Below the pieces are notes generated by a model. The model had not been told where the DNA came from, did no database searches, and saw nothing but the letters and a program-made list of their open reading frames with translations. Position numbers and translations under genes: made by a program. This document shows, one piece after another, positions 1 to 9,736 of a stretch of DNA of 64,000 nucleotides. Positions within the stretch are counted from its first letter, which is position 1. Every line of letters begins with the position of its first letter. The stretch is from an uncultured Leptotrichia sp. (lineage in GTDB: Bacteria > Fusobacteriota > Fusobacteriia > Fusobacteriales > Leptotrichiaceae): contig CAURGH010000006.1 in NCBI GenBank assembly GCA_963524305.1, forward strand, positions 1 to 64,000, in the 5' to 3' direction.

Positions 1-298
1 TTTAGATATATTTAATAGAAACATTTTGTATTGTAAATTTAGTTGAAGAAGATGACGTTGTTAGAGATGTTGAAGATTTAATAGAAACATTTTGTATTGT
101 AAATAAATATCAAATGTGTTCTTTTTATGCTCTTATTTGGATTTAATAGAAACATTTTGTATTGTAAATGTAGTTATAAGACCTTTAGTTGATTATTTAA
201 TTAAATTTAATAGAAACATTTTGTATTGTAAATCTAACACTCAAAATCTTCGTGTGATCTAACGTTTTGATTTAATAGAAACATTTTGTATTGTAAAT
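1..298 (+). CRISPR. CRISPR array, partial at window start. Five copies of the 29-nt repeat ATTTAATAGAAACATTTTGTATTGTAAAT lie at 10-38, 76-104, 141-169, 205-233 and 270-298. A G precedes the repeat in 3 of the 5 copies. The four spacers are 35-37 nt. Orientation is + with the leader upstream of the window. The repeat ends in GTAAAT as in type I-B repeats.
   Basis: Exact direct repeats at a 64-66 bp period, read from the sequence. Repeat and spacer lengths are typical of type I-B. Confidence 0.95.
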
Positions 299-564
299 GT
301 TTCCCCAAAATAGTACATGAGTGGGAATTCAGCAATGATGATTTTAGTTCATTTACTAATTTAAAATTAAAATATTTAGCAGCAATTGATGAAAAGTACA
401 TTCATGAGTTATCAAAGGATATGTTTGAGATGGAAAATACACTGATAGCAAAAGATGGATTACTGGATAAGATGACTTATGAAAGATGGATAGTAATAAA
501 TCAGTATAAAAAATCAAAAGAGAAAGGATCAAGGTATAAGAGAGATGGAATTAACAAAAGATAA
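286..564 (+). CDS. small hypothetical protein of about 90 aa. The annotated start lies inside the last CRISPR repeat, so the true start is probably further downstream.
   Basis: ORF track. Overlaps and is probably co-transcribed with the next small ORF. A terminator follows at 776-806. Confidence 0.35.
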   Translation: MYCKCFPKIVHEWEFSNDDFSSFTNLKLKYLAAIDEKYIHELSKDMFEMENTLIAKDGLLDKMTYERWIVINQYKKSKEKGSRYKRDGINKR

Positions 565-775
565 TGAAGTATATAAAAGTTTTAAGAAGTTAAAGGAAAT
601 AGAAGAAAAAGCTGATAATGCTGAAAATAGCAAAGAAAAAATATATTGGCGTGGAGAATATTTGAAAAAAGATAGAGAATTTTTTGAACAATTAAAGAGG
701 TCTGAGTTTAAAAATGAGAGTGCTTTGACTATTTTGAAAAAATTGGATAAATTATATTCAAGTGAGAAAAAATAA
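545..775 (+). CDS. small charged hypothetical protein, 76 aa, with a coiled-coil-like composition
   Basis: ORF track. Its start overlaps the previous ORF by 20 nt. A rho-independent terminator follows immediately. Confidence 0.35.
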   Translation: MELTKDNEVYKSFKKLKEIEEKADNAENSKEKIYWRGEYLKKDREFFEQLKRSEFKNESALTILKKLDKLYSSEKK

Positions 776-806
776 AAAGAGTAGTTTAATGACTGCTCTT
801 TTTATT
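776..806 (+). terminator. rho-independent terminator: an 8-bp stem AGAGTAGT/ACTGCTCT with one G-U pair, followed by a T-run
   Basis: Inverted repeat plus TTTTTATTT, read from the sequence. Confidence 0.5.
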
Positions 807-874
807 TGTCGTACTGATGGACATTAAACATCTGGATAGAAAATAGTCGACAGACTTTAAATGGAAGAATAATT

Positions 875-1120
875 ATGTCAGAAAATACATTTACACAGGA
901 ATAAGTAGATGAAATGATTAAAGAAAGAATTGCAAGAGAAAGAAAAAAGTTTGAAAATGAGAAAAAAGAATTGGAGAGAAAGCATGGAGAGACGATAAAA
1001 GAGTATGAATGAAACAAGAATTAATAATGCTAATCTTACTGCAGAAGAGAAGTATAATAAAAGTATCGCTGAACTTCAAAAACAACTTGATACTTCAAAT
1101 ACGGAACTTGCAACATTAGT
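875..1120 (+). pseudogene. phage scaffold-like (DUF4355-type) gene remnant. The reading MSENTFTQE / VDEMIKERIARERKKFENEKKELERKHGETIKEYE / NETRINNANLTAEEKYNK is broken by in-frame stops and is truncated at the degenerate repeat.
   Basis: Translation across two stops. The motif ERIARERKKFE is typical of Firmicute and Fusobacterial phage scaffold proteins, recalled from memory. Confidence 0.4.
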
Positions 1121-1121
1121 T

Positions 1122-1152
1122 TTTATTAATAGAAATATTTTGTATTATAAAT
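1122..1152 (+). repeat. degenerate CRISPR repeat copy TTTATTAATAGAAATATTTTGTATTATAAAT. It differs from the consensus by 2 substitutions and a 3-nt insertion, and lies about 820 bp downstream of the last canonical repeat.
   Basis: Alignment to the array repeat by eye. Confidence 0.8.
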
Positions 1153-1192
1153 ATCTATTCATATCACTCTATAAAAAAATAAATAACTGGTA

Positions 1193-1220
1193 TTGACAAA
1201 TTTAAAGTGTGGGTTATACT
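1193..1220 (+). promoter_or_regulatory. sigma70-like promoter: -35 TTGACA, a 16-nt spacer, then -10 TATACT. It sits upstream of a small ORF and cas6.
   Basis: Near-consensus hexamers with proper spacing. Confidence 0.55.
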
Positions 1221-1249
1221 AATATTAATACAAGAAAGGAATTCTAAAA

Positions 1250-1381
1250 ATGAGATTTGGAAATACAAAAGTAAATTTTAAATTTAGAATTGGTTGGAAG
1301 GAAGCAACTAGAAAAGAAAAGTTTTATGGGGTTTTAACTTGGATTGTCATTTTGATTGTAGTGATATATTTTTTTAGATAG
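1250..1381 (+). CDS. small ORF not in the track: a 43-aa peptide with a C-terminal hydrophobic helix, MRFGNTKVNFKFRIGWKEATRKEKFYGVLTWIVILIVVIYFFR. It lies in the cas6 leader. An AAAGGA ribosome-binding site sits 10 nt upstream.
   Basis: Manual translation. Located between the promoter and cas6. Confidence 0.3.
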   Translation: MRFGNTKVNFKFRIGWKEATRKEKFYGVLTWIVILIVVIYFFR

Positions 1382-1412
1382 TTGTAAATTAATAAAAAAG
1401 GGTGAATAAAAT

Positions 1413-2195
1413 ATGAGATTTAGAATTAATGTTGAATTAATTGAAGGAAACACATTTCCAGTTAATTTTAGGGTTAAAATTTTGCATATGTTGAAAGTTG
1501 GGTTGAAAGAATATGATAGGGAGATTTTTGAAGAACTTTTTGACTCAACGAAGCAAAAAAATTATACTTGGGCTGTTTATTTTCATGCGATTAAGTTTGA
1601 GAAAGAACGAATTTTATTTTTAAATGAGAATGATAAAAGATTTATAATTAATTTTTCTATTTTTGATAATGTAGATAGTTTAAATATTTATAATGCTTTT
1701 TCTAGTATTAGATTTAAAGAATTTAAAATATCAGATGAAACTAAAGTTAGAATTACTAATATTTCAGTTGTTCAAAGAAAATTTGTAAAAAATAATGTAT
1801 TGAATGTGAAAACATTGTCGCCAGTAGTTTGTAGGGATCATGATAGAGAAACTGAGAAAGATAAATATTATGTAGGAACTGATAAGGAGTTTCCTGTGAT
1901 TATAAAAAGAAATCTTTATTTGAGATTGAAAGAAATAATGGGGGAATATGTAGAAAAAGATATTGAAGATTTAGTGATAGATGCGAGTAAAACTAAAAAA
2001 GTAGTTGTTAAGCATTATGACAAAAGAAGTTCTGCTCAGAAGGAAAGTTCAGAAAAAGAATATAAGGGAATACTTATTGACGCTTCAGTAGGAACAATAA
2101 AATTTGAAGGAAAAAGTTATCTTTTAGATTATATTTATAGTGCAGGACTTGGAAGTGTGACTGGAAGTGGATTTGGGATGCTTGAAATAATTTAG
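1413..2195 (+). CDS. cas6: Cas6 endoribonuclease, type I-B. The C-terminal glycine-rich loop reads GLGSVTGSGFG.
   Basis: G-rich loop motif near the C-terminus. First gene of the cas operon. Confidence 0.8.
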   Translation: MRFRINVELIEGNTFPVNFRVKILHMLKVGLKEYDREIFEELFDSTKQKNYTWAVYFHAIKFEKERILFLNENDKRFIINFSIFDNVDSLNIYNAFSSIRFKEFKISDETKVRITNISVVQRKFVKNNVLNVKTLSPVVCRDHDRETEKDKYYVGTDKEFPVIIKRNLYLRLKEIMGEYVEKDIEDLVIDASKTKKVVVKHYDKRSSAQKESSEKEYKGILIDASVGTIKFEGKSYLLDYIYSAGLGSVTGSGFGMLEII

Positions 2196-2212
2196 TGTGA
2201 GAAGGAAGAGAA

Positions 2213-4000
2213 ATGAGTGACGGGAAAATAGAATTAAAATTAAAAGATTGGTTATTTAATGTAGGGTTATTGGGATTTATTAATATACTTGAAACATCGG
2301 ATGGAGAAGAAAAAATAAGGAAATTTATTGATAATCAAAATAGATGTTTGAAATTTTCAAAAGAAGAGTTGTTGGAACTTTTAGAAGATTTTGAATATAA
2401 ATATTTTGATTTTTTTATAAAAAGATATGGGAAAACTTTAACTTATGGAAAAATTTTGGAGTTTGAGGAGTATATTGATAATTTTGAAAATGAGAATCGA
2501 AAGATTGAAGAAATTGAAGAATTGAAAAGAATAAACGAAAAAATTGTTTTTTTTAAAAAAAAATTAAAATCAAATAGTTATAAAGCGGCGTATGATTTTA
2601 TAAAAAAAGATGGTAAAAGTGAGATTGAAAAACTTGAAAAAGCATTGAAAAAAGTAAAAGAACCAAAGAAAAATGAAGAAATAAGTGATAGTATAAATCA
2701 AAATATAAAAGACAATCTTAAAATTATAAAGGAAATTATTAATTTTTTTAAATTAAAGATTTCAAATGAAAGAGGTTATAGCAAAAATTATTTGGCTGCT
2801 AAAAATATTGCATATATTTTAGTAAATAATGCTTGGGATAATATTTCATTTTTATATAGCAAAAATGCTGCTAAAGATATTTATGAAGAATATAAATCGT
2901 ATTTTGTTGATACTGCGAAAGAATATATTGAAATGGATAAATCAAAATTTAAATATAAATGTGCAGTTACAAATATGCCAATGAAAGATTTTAAGAATAC
3001 TTTAGGATTTCTAAATAATACAGGATTTGATGTAAATAGAAAACCTTCACATGTTTGGAATTTTGTAAATGATATTGCGATTACTCCGTTGGTTATATTA
3101 ATTTATTCGTGTGTTCCAGCAGGATTTGTGTATGGAGCAAGTAAGGGAATGTTTGTTAATGCTAATCATAGTATAGAACAGTTGGAGAGTATTAATAATG
3201 GTATGGCTAGTGAAATTTATAATGAAAATTTTAATGAAAAGAATATTAGTTTGTATAAAAATTTATTGAGAGAAATGCAAAAGAGAACGAATGAGTCTAA
3301 ATATGAATTATCTGATATACAGGTTGTTAAGTATGAAAACGAAACATATAGATTTACTTTGCTGTCAAAAAATATTTTGCAGTTATTAAATAAAAATAAA
3401 TCAAGATTAGATAGATTGCTGGATAAATGGTATATTTTAGATAGAAGATATTTTTATTTATATGATGTTACAATTTCGGAATTATTAAATAATGAAAATT
3501 TATTTTCTTTAATTAATAAATTGTGTCATTACAAAATTTCTAAAGTGAAAGGAAATTATAATTTAAGAAATCTTGAAGATTTGTTGTTGGTGAATCTTGA
3601 ATATATTAGGAGGTTGAAGGAAATGGAAAAGGCTGAAAAAGAAGTCAAGAATAAAAAAGTTTCGCAAGAATTGGAAGAAAAGGATGTTTATTTTATTAGA
3701 AGAGATGGGATAGAATTTAGAAAAGCATATCTTGGAAAAAGTGGAAATGATAAGAAATTAGGAAGTTTGTTATATAGATTACAAAATTCATTGAGAATAA
3801 AAGATGTGAATATGTTTATGGATACTTTGATTTCAGGACATTCTTATGCAGGAAGAAATGTTCATTATTTGTTTGGGAAAATTTTTACTGACGATGAAAA
3901 TTTTCAAACACTGGGTCATGCTTTTTTGATAGGACTTTTGGGTGAAGATAAATTTGAAAAATTTGATGAAGAAAAAAATACGACAAAGGGAGATGAATAA
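2213..4000 (+). CDS. cas8b: Cas8b (Csh1), the type I-B large subunit. Its 3' part may also encode an internally translated Cas11-like small subunit.
   Basis: Size of 595 aa and position between cas6 and cas7. No clear motif was recognised by eye. Confidence 0.65.
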   Translation: MSDGKIELKLKDWLFNVGLLGFINILETSDGEEKIRKFIDNQNRCLKFSKEELLELLEDFEYKYFDFFIKRYGKTLTYGKILEFEEYIDNFENENRKIEEIEELKRINEKIVFFKKKLKSNSYKAAYDFIKKDGKSEIEKLEKALKKVKEPKKNEEISDSINQNIKDNLKIIKEIINFFKLKISNERGYSKNYLAAKNIAYILVNNAWDNISFLYSKNAAKDIYEEYKSYFVDTAKEYIEMDKSKFKYKCAVTNMPMKDFKNTLGFLNNTGFDVNRKPSHVWNFVNDIAITPLVILIYSCVPAGFVYGASKGMFVNANHSIEQLESINNGMASEIYNENFNEKNISLYKNLLREMQKRTNESKYELSDIQVVKYENETYRFTLLSKNILQLLNKNKSRLDRLLDKWYILDRRYFYLYDVTISELLNNENLFSLINKLCHYKISKVKGNYNLRNLEDLLLVNLEYIRRLKEMEKAEKEVKNKKVSQELEEKDVYFIRRDGIEFRKAYLGKSGNDKKLGSLLYRLQNSLRIKDVNMFMDTLISGHSYAGRNVHYLFGKIFTDDENFQTLGHAFLIGLLGEDKFEKFDEEKNTTKGDE

Positions 4001-4003
4001 ATT

Positions 4004-4900
4004 ATGGATAAAAAAGGATTGACTTTTACAGCAATTTTTTTAGCAGAAAGTGCAAATTATGGTGAAGGAATTGGAAATGTTGCTACGTTGAAGAAAATAT
4101 CGAGAAATAGAGGAGAACAGTATACATATATTTCAAGACAGGCTATTAGATATAATATTGTTGAACAATTGGATGAGAATAAAGCGAATGTGAAAGCAGA
4201 AGGTAGTGGAGATAAAAAAGTTATTCAGTTTTCTGCAGAGACTACGATAAAAGATTATCCAGAATTGGATTTTTTTGGGTATATGAAAACTATTAAAGGT
4301 GATAATTCTAAAAATAGATCAGCAATAGTTAGACTTTCTAATGCAGTTTCGCTGGAAACATTTAAGGGAGATTTGGAATTTTTGACTAATAAAGGGTTAG
4401 TGGATAGAATTGATAGAAATGAAAAGGTTTTTCCGAATATTGCACAGGCGGAAATTCATAAGTCGTATTATAAATATACTGTTACGATTGATTTGGATAA
4501 AATAGGTATTGATGAATTGGATGGAATTGAAATAGAAAATGAAGAAAAAGCTAGAAGAGTAAATAAATTATTGGATACAATTTCGTTACTTTATAGAGAT
4601 ATTCGTGGAAGAAGAGAAGACTTGAAACCATTATTTATAATTGGTGGAGTTTATGATATAAAAAATCCATTTTTTGAAAATGTGGTTGATGTGAGAAATA
4701 ATAAAATTTTGGTTGAAAAATTGATAAGTGGAATTTATGATTTTATTGAAAATGATACTGCTGCTGGAATTGTGAAAGAACAATTTGAAAATGATACAGA
4801 AATTGAAACAGAATTAGCTAAAAAAAATATTAAAGTTTTAAATGTTCCAGAATTTTTTAAACAGTTGAAAAATAAAATTGACGAATATTATACAAAATAG
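4004..4900 (+). CDS. cas7: Cas7 (Csh2), type I-B backbone
   Basis: The N-terminus FTAIFLAESANYGEGIGNVATLKK is typical of Cas7/Csh2. About 300 aa. Confidence 0.85.
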   Translation: MDKKGLTFTAIFLAESANYGEGIGNVATLKKISRNRGEQYTYISRQAIRYNIVEQLDENKANVKAEGSGDKKVIQFSAETTIKDYPELDFFGYMKTIKGDNSKNRSAIVRLSNAVSLETFKGDLEFLTNKGLVDRIDRNEKVFPNIAQAEIHKSYYKYTVTIDLDKIGIDELDGIEIENEEKARRVNKLLDTISLLYRDIRGRREDLKPLFIIGGVYDIKNPFFENVVDVRNNKILVEKLISGIYDFIENDTAAGIVKEQFENDTEIETELAKKNIKVLNVPEFFKQLKNKIDEYYTK

Positions 4901-4945
4901 GAAAAAAGGGAGGGAAAGTGTTTGAAATTTTAAAAAATAAATTAA

Positions 4946-5722
<777 letters not shown>

Positions 5723-5752
5723 TTTAAATGTCAGAAGAGAGGGAATTTTTAG

Positions 5753-8185
5753 ATGGAAAATATTTTTTTAGCTAAGTCTAATGGAGAAACAGTAGTTGAG
5801 CATACAAAAAAATTAATACAGAATTTTGAAAAATTAATAGAGCTGTATCCGAACATAAAAGTTGATAAAAGATTGTTACTTTTAGCTTGTATTTATCATG
5901 ATTTAGGAAAAATCAATGCAAAATTTCAATATAAAGTTTCAAATGAAAAACGAAAGAATCTTTTAAAAGAAAAACATGAAATTGATTTAAAAAAGAATGA
6001 ACTTCCACATGGTATCTTGAGTACAGCATTTATTAATAGTAACGAATTATTGAAAGAAAATTTTGATAAAGAGGATATAAAAATTTTGGCATATTCTGTT
6101 GCATTGCATCACGAAAGAGACATTTCTGAAATAGAAGATGAAGATTTTAAGGAAGAAATAAAGAAAATGGAGTTTGAACTTATTGATTTTGAAACAGAAT
6201 TGAATAGTTTGGAGAATATTTATTTTGAGATTATTAAAAAAATTTATGGAGAAATAAAAAAATATTCGATTTTCAAAAGAGAAGATAATAATTTTAAAAT
6301 AAAAAAATTGAGTAAGAAATATTATAAATTAAATGACAGAATTTATTCAGAAAAAATGTATATGAAAAAAGAAGAAGCTCTTGAAATTTTTAAAAAATAC
6401 GTCATGTTAAAAGGATTGTTAAATAAAATAGATTACGCAGCAAGTTCGTATACGAATATTGAAGAAAAAAATGATTTTTTAGAAATTGAGATGGAAAAAT
6501 TTTTGGAAGATGTGTTGAGAAAGGATAATCCTAAAAATGATTGGAATGCTTTGCAGAAATTTATGAAACAGCATAAAGATGAGAATGTGGTAGTTGTGGC
6601 ACAGACAGGATATGGGAAAACAGAGGCTGGGTTACTTTGGATAGGAAATAATAAGGGATTTTTTACATTGCCTTTGAGAGTGGCAATTAATGCAATTTAT
6701 GACAGGGTTGTGAAAAATATTGTAAGAGAAAATGTAGAAAAGAGAATTGGTTTGCTTCATTCTGATTTTAGAGAATATTATACAGAAAAAAATTCTAAAG
6801 AAAATAAATTACTAAAAAATGAAGAATTATCGGAATATATAAATAGAACGAAGCAATTTTCGCTTCCGCTTACGATTTGTACAATAGATCAATTATTTGA
6901 TTTTGTGTTTAGAGCTCCAGGATTTGAGTTGAAGGTAGCGACATTGTCTTATTCTAAGGTAGTTATTGATGAAATTCAAATGTATTCAGCTGATTTGTTG
7001 GCTTATTTGATTTATGGATTGAAGTATATTACTGATTTTGGAGGGAAATTTGCGATAATGACTGCGACTCTTCCTGGGATTGTTACTTATTTGCTTGAAA
7101 AGGAAGGGGTAAAATTTGTTACGACAGAACCATTTACGAATGATAAGAAGCGACATAGTTTAAAAGTGATGGAAGAAAGTATAAATGCAGAATTTATAAA
7201 AGAAAAATATAGAAATAATAAAATTTTGGTTATTTGTAATACAGTTAAAAAAGCAAAAGAGATTTATGAAAATTTGGATATTCCGAAAGAAGAATTGAAT
7301 TTGATACATAGCAGATTTATAAAAAGAGATCGGAAAAATAAAGAAAAGGAAATCACTGAGTTTGCGAATCCAAAGAGATTTAGAGAAGATGTTAAAAATA
7401 AAAGAGAAAAAGAGGGATTTCAAGAAAATGGGGTTTGGATTGGAACTCAAGTTTTAGAAGCTTCTCTTGATTTAGATTTTGATATTTTGATTACAGAATT
7501 ATCGGACTTGAATGGACTTTTTCAGAGAATGGGGAGATGTTTTCGTAATAGGGAAAAAGTTGATGAAGGATATAATTGCTTTGTTTTTACAAAAGAATGT
7601 TCTGGAATTAAAGGATCGAAAGCTATTATAGATAAAGAAATTCATGAAAAATCTAAAAGTGTACTATTAAAAGTTGATGGAATTGTTTCTGAAGTTCAGA
7701 AATTAAATTTGATTAATAGTGTTTATTCTTATGAAAGTTTAAAAGATACAAAATATTTTAATAAAGTGACGGATAATATAAAATATTTAAAAGAGTATGT
7801 TGTTGAGTATGAAAAAACGAAATCTGAAGTTCAAAGAATATTTAGAAATATTGCTTCGTATGATGTGATTCCAAGAATAATTTACGAAGAGAATTTTGAA
7901 GAAATAAATGGAAATATTGAGATTTTAAGAGAAAAAATGAAAGGACTATCAGAAGACGACAAGAAAAAATTGCGAATAAGGAAAATAGAAGCTAGGGGAG
8001 AATTGAATAAATTTAAAGTAACGATTCCTGATTTTGAATATAGAAAATTGGAGAAAAGTAAAAAGAATGAGATTGAAAAGATTAAAGTAAATGATTATGA
8101 GGAATTGGTAGTTGTGAATTGTGGATATTCTTATGAAAAGGGATTTGAAGTTGTTCAAGGTGAAGAAGAAGATAATTTCTTTTAA
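5753..8185 (+). CDS. cas3: Cas3 HD nuclease/helicase fusion
   Basis: HD motif CIYHDLGK near the N-terminus. Walker A VVAQTGYGKTEAGL. DEAD-like box VVIDEIQMY. 810 aa. Confidence 0.9.
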   Translation: MENIFLAKSNGETVVEHTKKLIQNFEKLIELYPNIKVDKRLLLLACIYHDLGKINAKFQYKVSNEKRKNLLKEKHEIDLKKNELPHGILSTAFINSNELLKENFDKEDIKILAYSVALHHERDISEIEDEDFKEEIKKMEFELIDFETELNSLENIYFEIIKKIYGEIKKYSIFKREDNNFKIKKLSKKYYKLNDRIYSEKMYMKKEEALEIFKKYVMLKGLLNKIDYAASSYTNIEEKNDFLEIEMEKFLEDVLRKDNPKNDWNALQKFMKQHKDENVVVVAQTGYGKTEAGLLWIGNNKGFFTLPLRVAINAIYDRVVKNIVRENVEKRIGLLHSDFREYYTEKNSKENKLLKNEELSEYINRTKQFSLPLTICTIDQLFDFVFRAPGFELKVATLSYSKVVIDEIQMYSADLLAYLIYGLKYITDFGGKFAIMTATLPGIVTYLLEKEGVKFVTTEPFTNDKKRHSLKVMEESINAEFIKEKYRNNKILVICNTVKKAKEIYENLDIPKEELNLIHSRFIKRDRKNKEKEITEFANPKRFREDVKNKREKEGFQENGVWIGTQVLEASLDLDFDILITELSDLNGLFQRMGRCFRNREKVDEGYNCFVFTKECSGIKGSKAIIDKEIHEKSKSVLLKVDGIVSEVQKLNLINSVYSYESLKDTKYFNKVTDNIKYLKEYVVEYEKTKSEVQRIFRNIASYDVIPRIIYEENFEEINGNIEILREKMKGLSEDDKKKLRIRKIEARGELNKFKVTIPDFEYRKLEKSKKNEIEKIKVNDYEELVVVNCGYSYEKGFEVVQGEEEDNFF

Positions 8186-8290
8186 TTTTATAGAGTTCAG
8201 AAGAACATTAAAATTTTTTATTTATTAAGAAATTAGATTTATATTTTTTTATAAAGATGAATTTTAATATATTGGTAAATTTATACAAAT

Positions 8291-8329
8291 AAAGATAGAA
8301 AGGTTAGATATTTCTATCTTTATTTTTTT
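8291..8329 (+). terminator. rho-independent terminator after cas3: stem AAAGATAGAAA/TTTCTATCTTT followed by a T-run
   Basis: Perfect 11-bp inverted repeat plus T7. Confidence 0.7.
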
Positions 8330-8452
8330 AAATTATAAGCGATAGAAAAAACATAATTTTGTCAAAAATAAATGGTAAAATAAGACAAAAATGTTATAAT
8401 TTTTTAACTTAAATTTGAGAAAAGATAAGTAACTGAAAAGGAAGGAGAGTAA

Positions 8453-9715
8453 ATGGTAAAAATAAATAGAAAGTTTCAAGTTTTATTTGTTTCATTTATT
8501 TTAGGACTGAGGAGTTTTGCGGTCAATGTAGATGACTTAATTGCAGAATATGAAAAAAATTCATATACTACAAAAATAAATGAGAAAAATATAAAAAAGT
8601 ATGATATTAAAGAAAAAGCATTGAAAAATGGTGATTGGAATGAAGTCAGTGTAAATTCAGATGAGAATTATTCTTTGCATGGTCAGTCTAATGGATTGAC
8701 GATGGATAATAATGTTAAGTATGGGAATTTTTATTATAAAAATAGTTATAATTTTAGGACTAAGGAGCTCACAGAAAATAAAATTGGAATTTCTAAAACT
8801 TTGAATGATTATTTTGGGTATAGTGATAATAGTTATAATAAAAAGACTAATCAAATTTCTCGTGATATTCAAAAAATTACAAATGAAACTACTAAAAATG
8901 GAGAAATTCGTGATTTGATTGATTTGTATAAAAATTATAAAAATAAACAGAAGGAGATTGAGCAGGAAGCACTTACGGTGGATGATACAAAAAAAGATTA
9001 TGCGATTCAAACTAAAAAATATGAGGTTGGAACAGCGTCTCAATATGACTATGAGTTGGCAAAAACAGAGTATGAAAATTCGCAGTTGAAGTATGATAAT
9101 CTTGGTAGAGAATTAAAGATTTTGGGAGAGCAGTTTATGATTTACAATGTTAAATTGCCTGAAAAAGAAAAATTGGATGATTTAAAGAAGGAGGAATTGA
9201 AAAAAGAAGACTTTTATGAGCTTAGATTATCTGAAGCAGAAGCAATAGAATTAAATACGAAACTTAATGAAGAGCAAATTAAAAAAGAGAATATTGATTA
9301 TAAATATCCAAAATTGACAGGAGATTTGGGTTATTCATTAAAGGATCATTCGGTTGTTGCGGGACTTTCTGTTTCTAAAACTTTTAAAAGATATAATGAT
9401 ACGATTGAAGATTTGAAAAATGAAAAAGAAAAATTAGAATTACAGTATGAACAGAAGAAAAATGAATTGGTATCAAATGTTGGGCAGCAGATGATAACTT
9501 ATACAACTTATCAGACGAATGAATTAACTGCAGAAAATACGATGAATATTAAGAAAAAAGAATATGAGATTTATGCGAAAAGATATGAGCTGGGAGTTGA
9601 CACTTATTCAAATTATGTAGAAAAACGAAATAATTATAAAAAAGCTGTAATTGATTATGAAGTGGCTAAAAATGAATTGGCGGCATTTACAAAGAAAATA
9701 AGATATTATAAATAA
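8453..9715 (+). CDS. TolC-family outer membrane efflux protein, with a signal peptide
   Basis: N-terminal signal sequence and a coiled-coil-rich 420-aa protein. First gene of an efflux operon together with HlyD and ABC genes. Confidence 0.5.
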   Translation: MVKINRKFQVLFVSFILGLRSFAVNVDDLIAEYEKNSYTTKINEKNIKKYDIKEKALKNGDWNEVSVNSDENYSLHGQSNGLTMDNNVKYGNFYYKNSYNFRTKELTENKIGISKTLNDYFGYSDNSYNKKTNQISRDIQKITNETTKNGEIRDLIDLYKNYKNKQKEIEQEALTVDDTKKDYAIQTKKYEVGTASQYDYELAKTEYENSQLKYDNLGRELKILGEQFMIYNVKLPEKEKLDDLKKEELKKEDFYELRLSEAEAIELNTKLNEEQIKKENIDYKYPKLTGDLGYSLKDHSVVAGLSVSKTFKRYNDTIEDLKNEKEKLELQYEQKKNELVSNVGQQMITYTTYQTNELTAENTMNIKKKEYEIYAKRYELGVDTYSNYVEKRNNYKKAVIDYEVAKNELAAFTKKIRYYK

Positions 9716-9736
9716 AATTAAGAAAGTGGTGATGTT

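Noticed and set aside
1122-1152. Possibility that the degenerate repeat is part of a second functional mini-array
   Set aside because: Only one copy is present. No second repeat lies within 100 bp on either side, and the flanking sequence is a promoter.
802-1196. ORFs 802..1017 (-) and 1005..1196 (+) near the array/cas junction
   Set aside because: The plus-strand ORF is just the last segment of the frameshifted phage scaffold-like remnant and runs through the degenerate repeat. The minus-strand ORF is antisense and low-complexity. Neither is a real gene.
7160-8158. Minus-strand ORFs 7160..7450 and 7949..8158 inside cas3
   Set aside because: Antisense to a well-supported gene and low-complexity (F/I/L-rich) translation of an AT-rich sequence. 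Spurious.
8657-9043. Minus-strand ORF of 128 aa inside the TolC-like gene
   Set aside because: Antisense, low complexity. Spurious.
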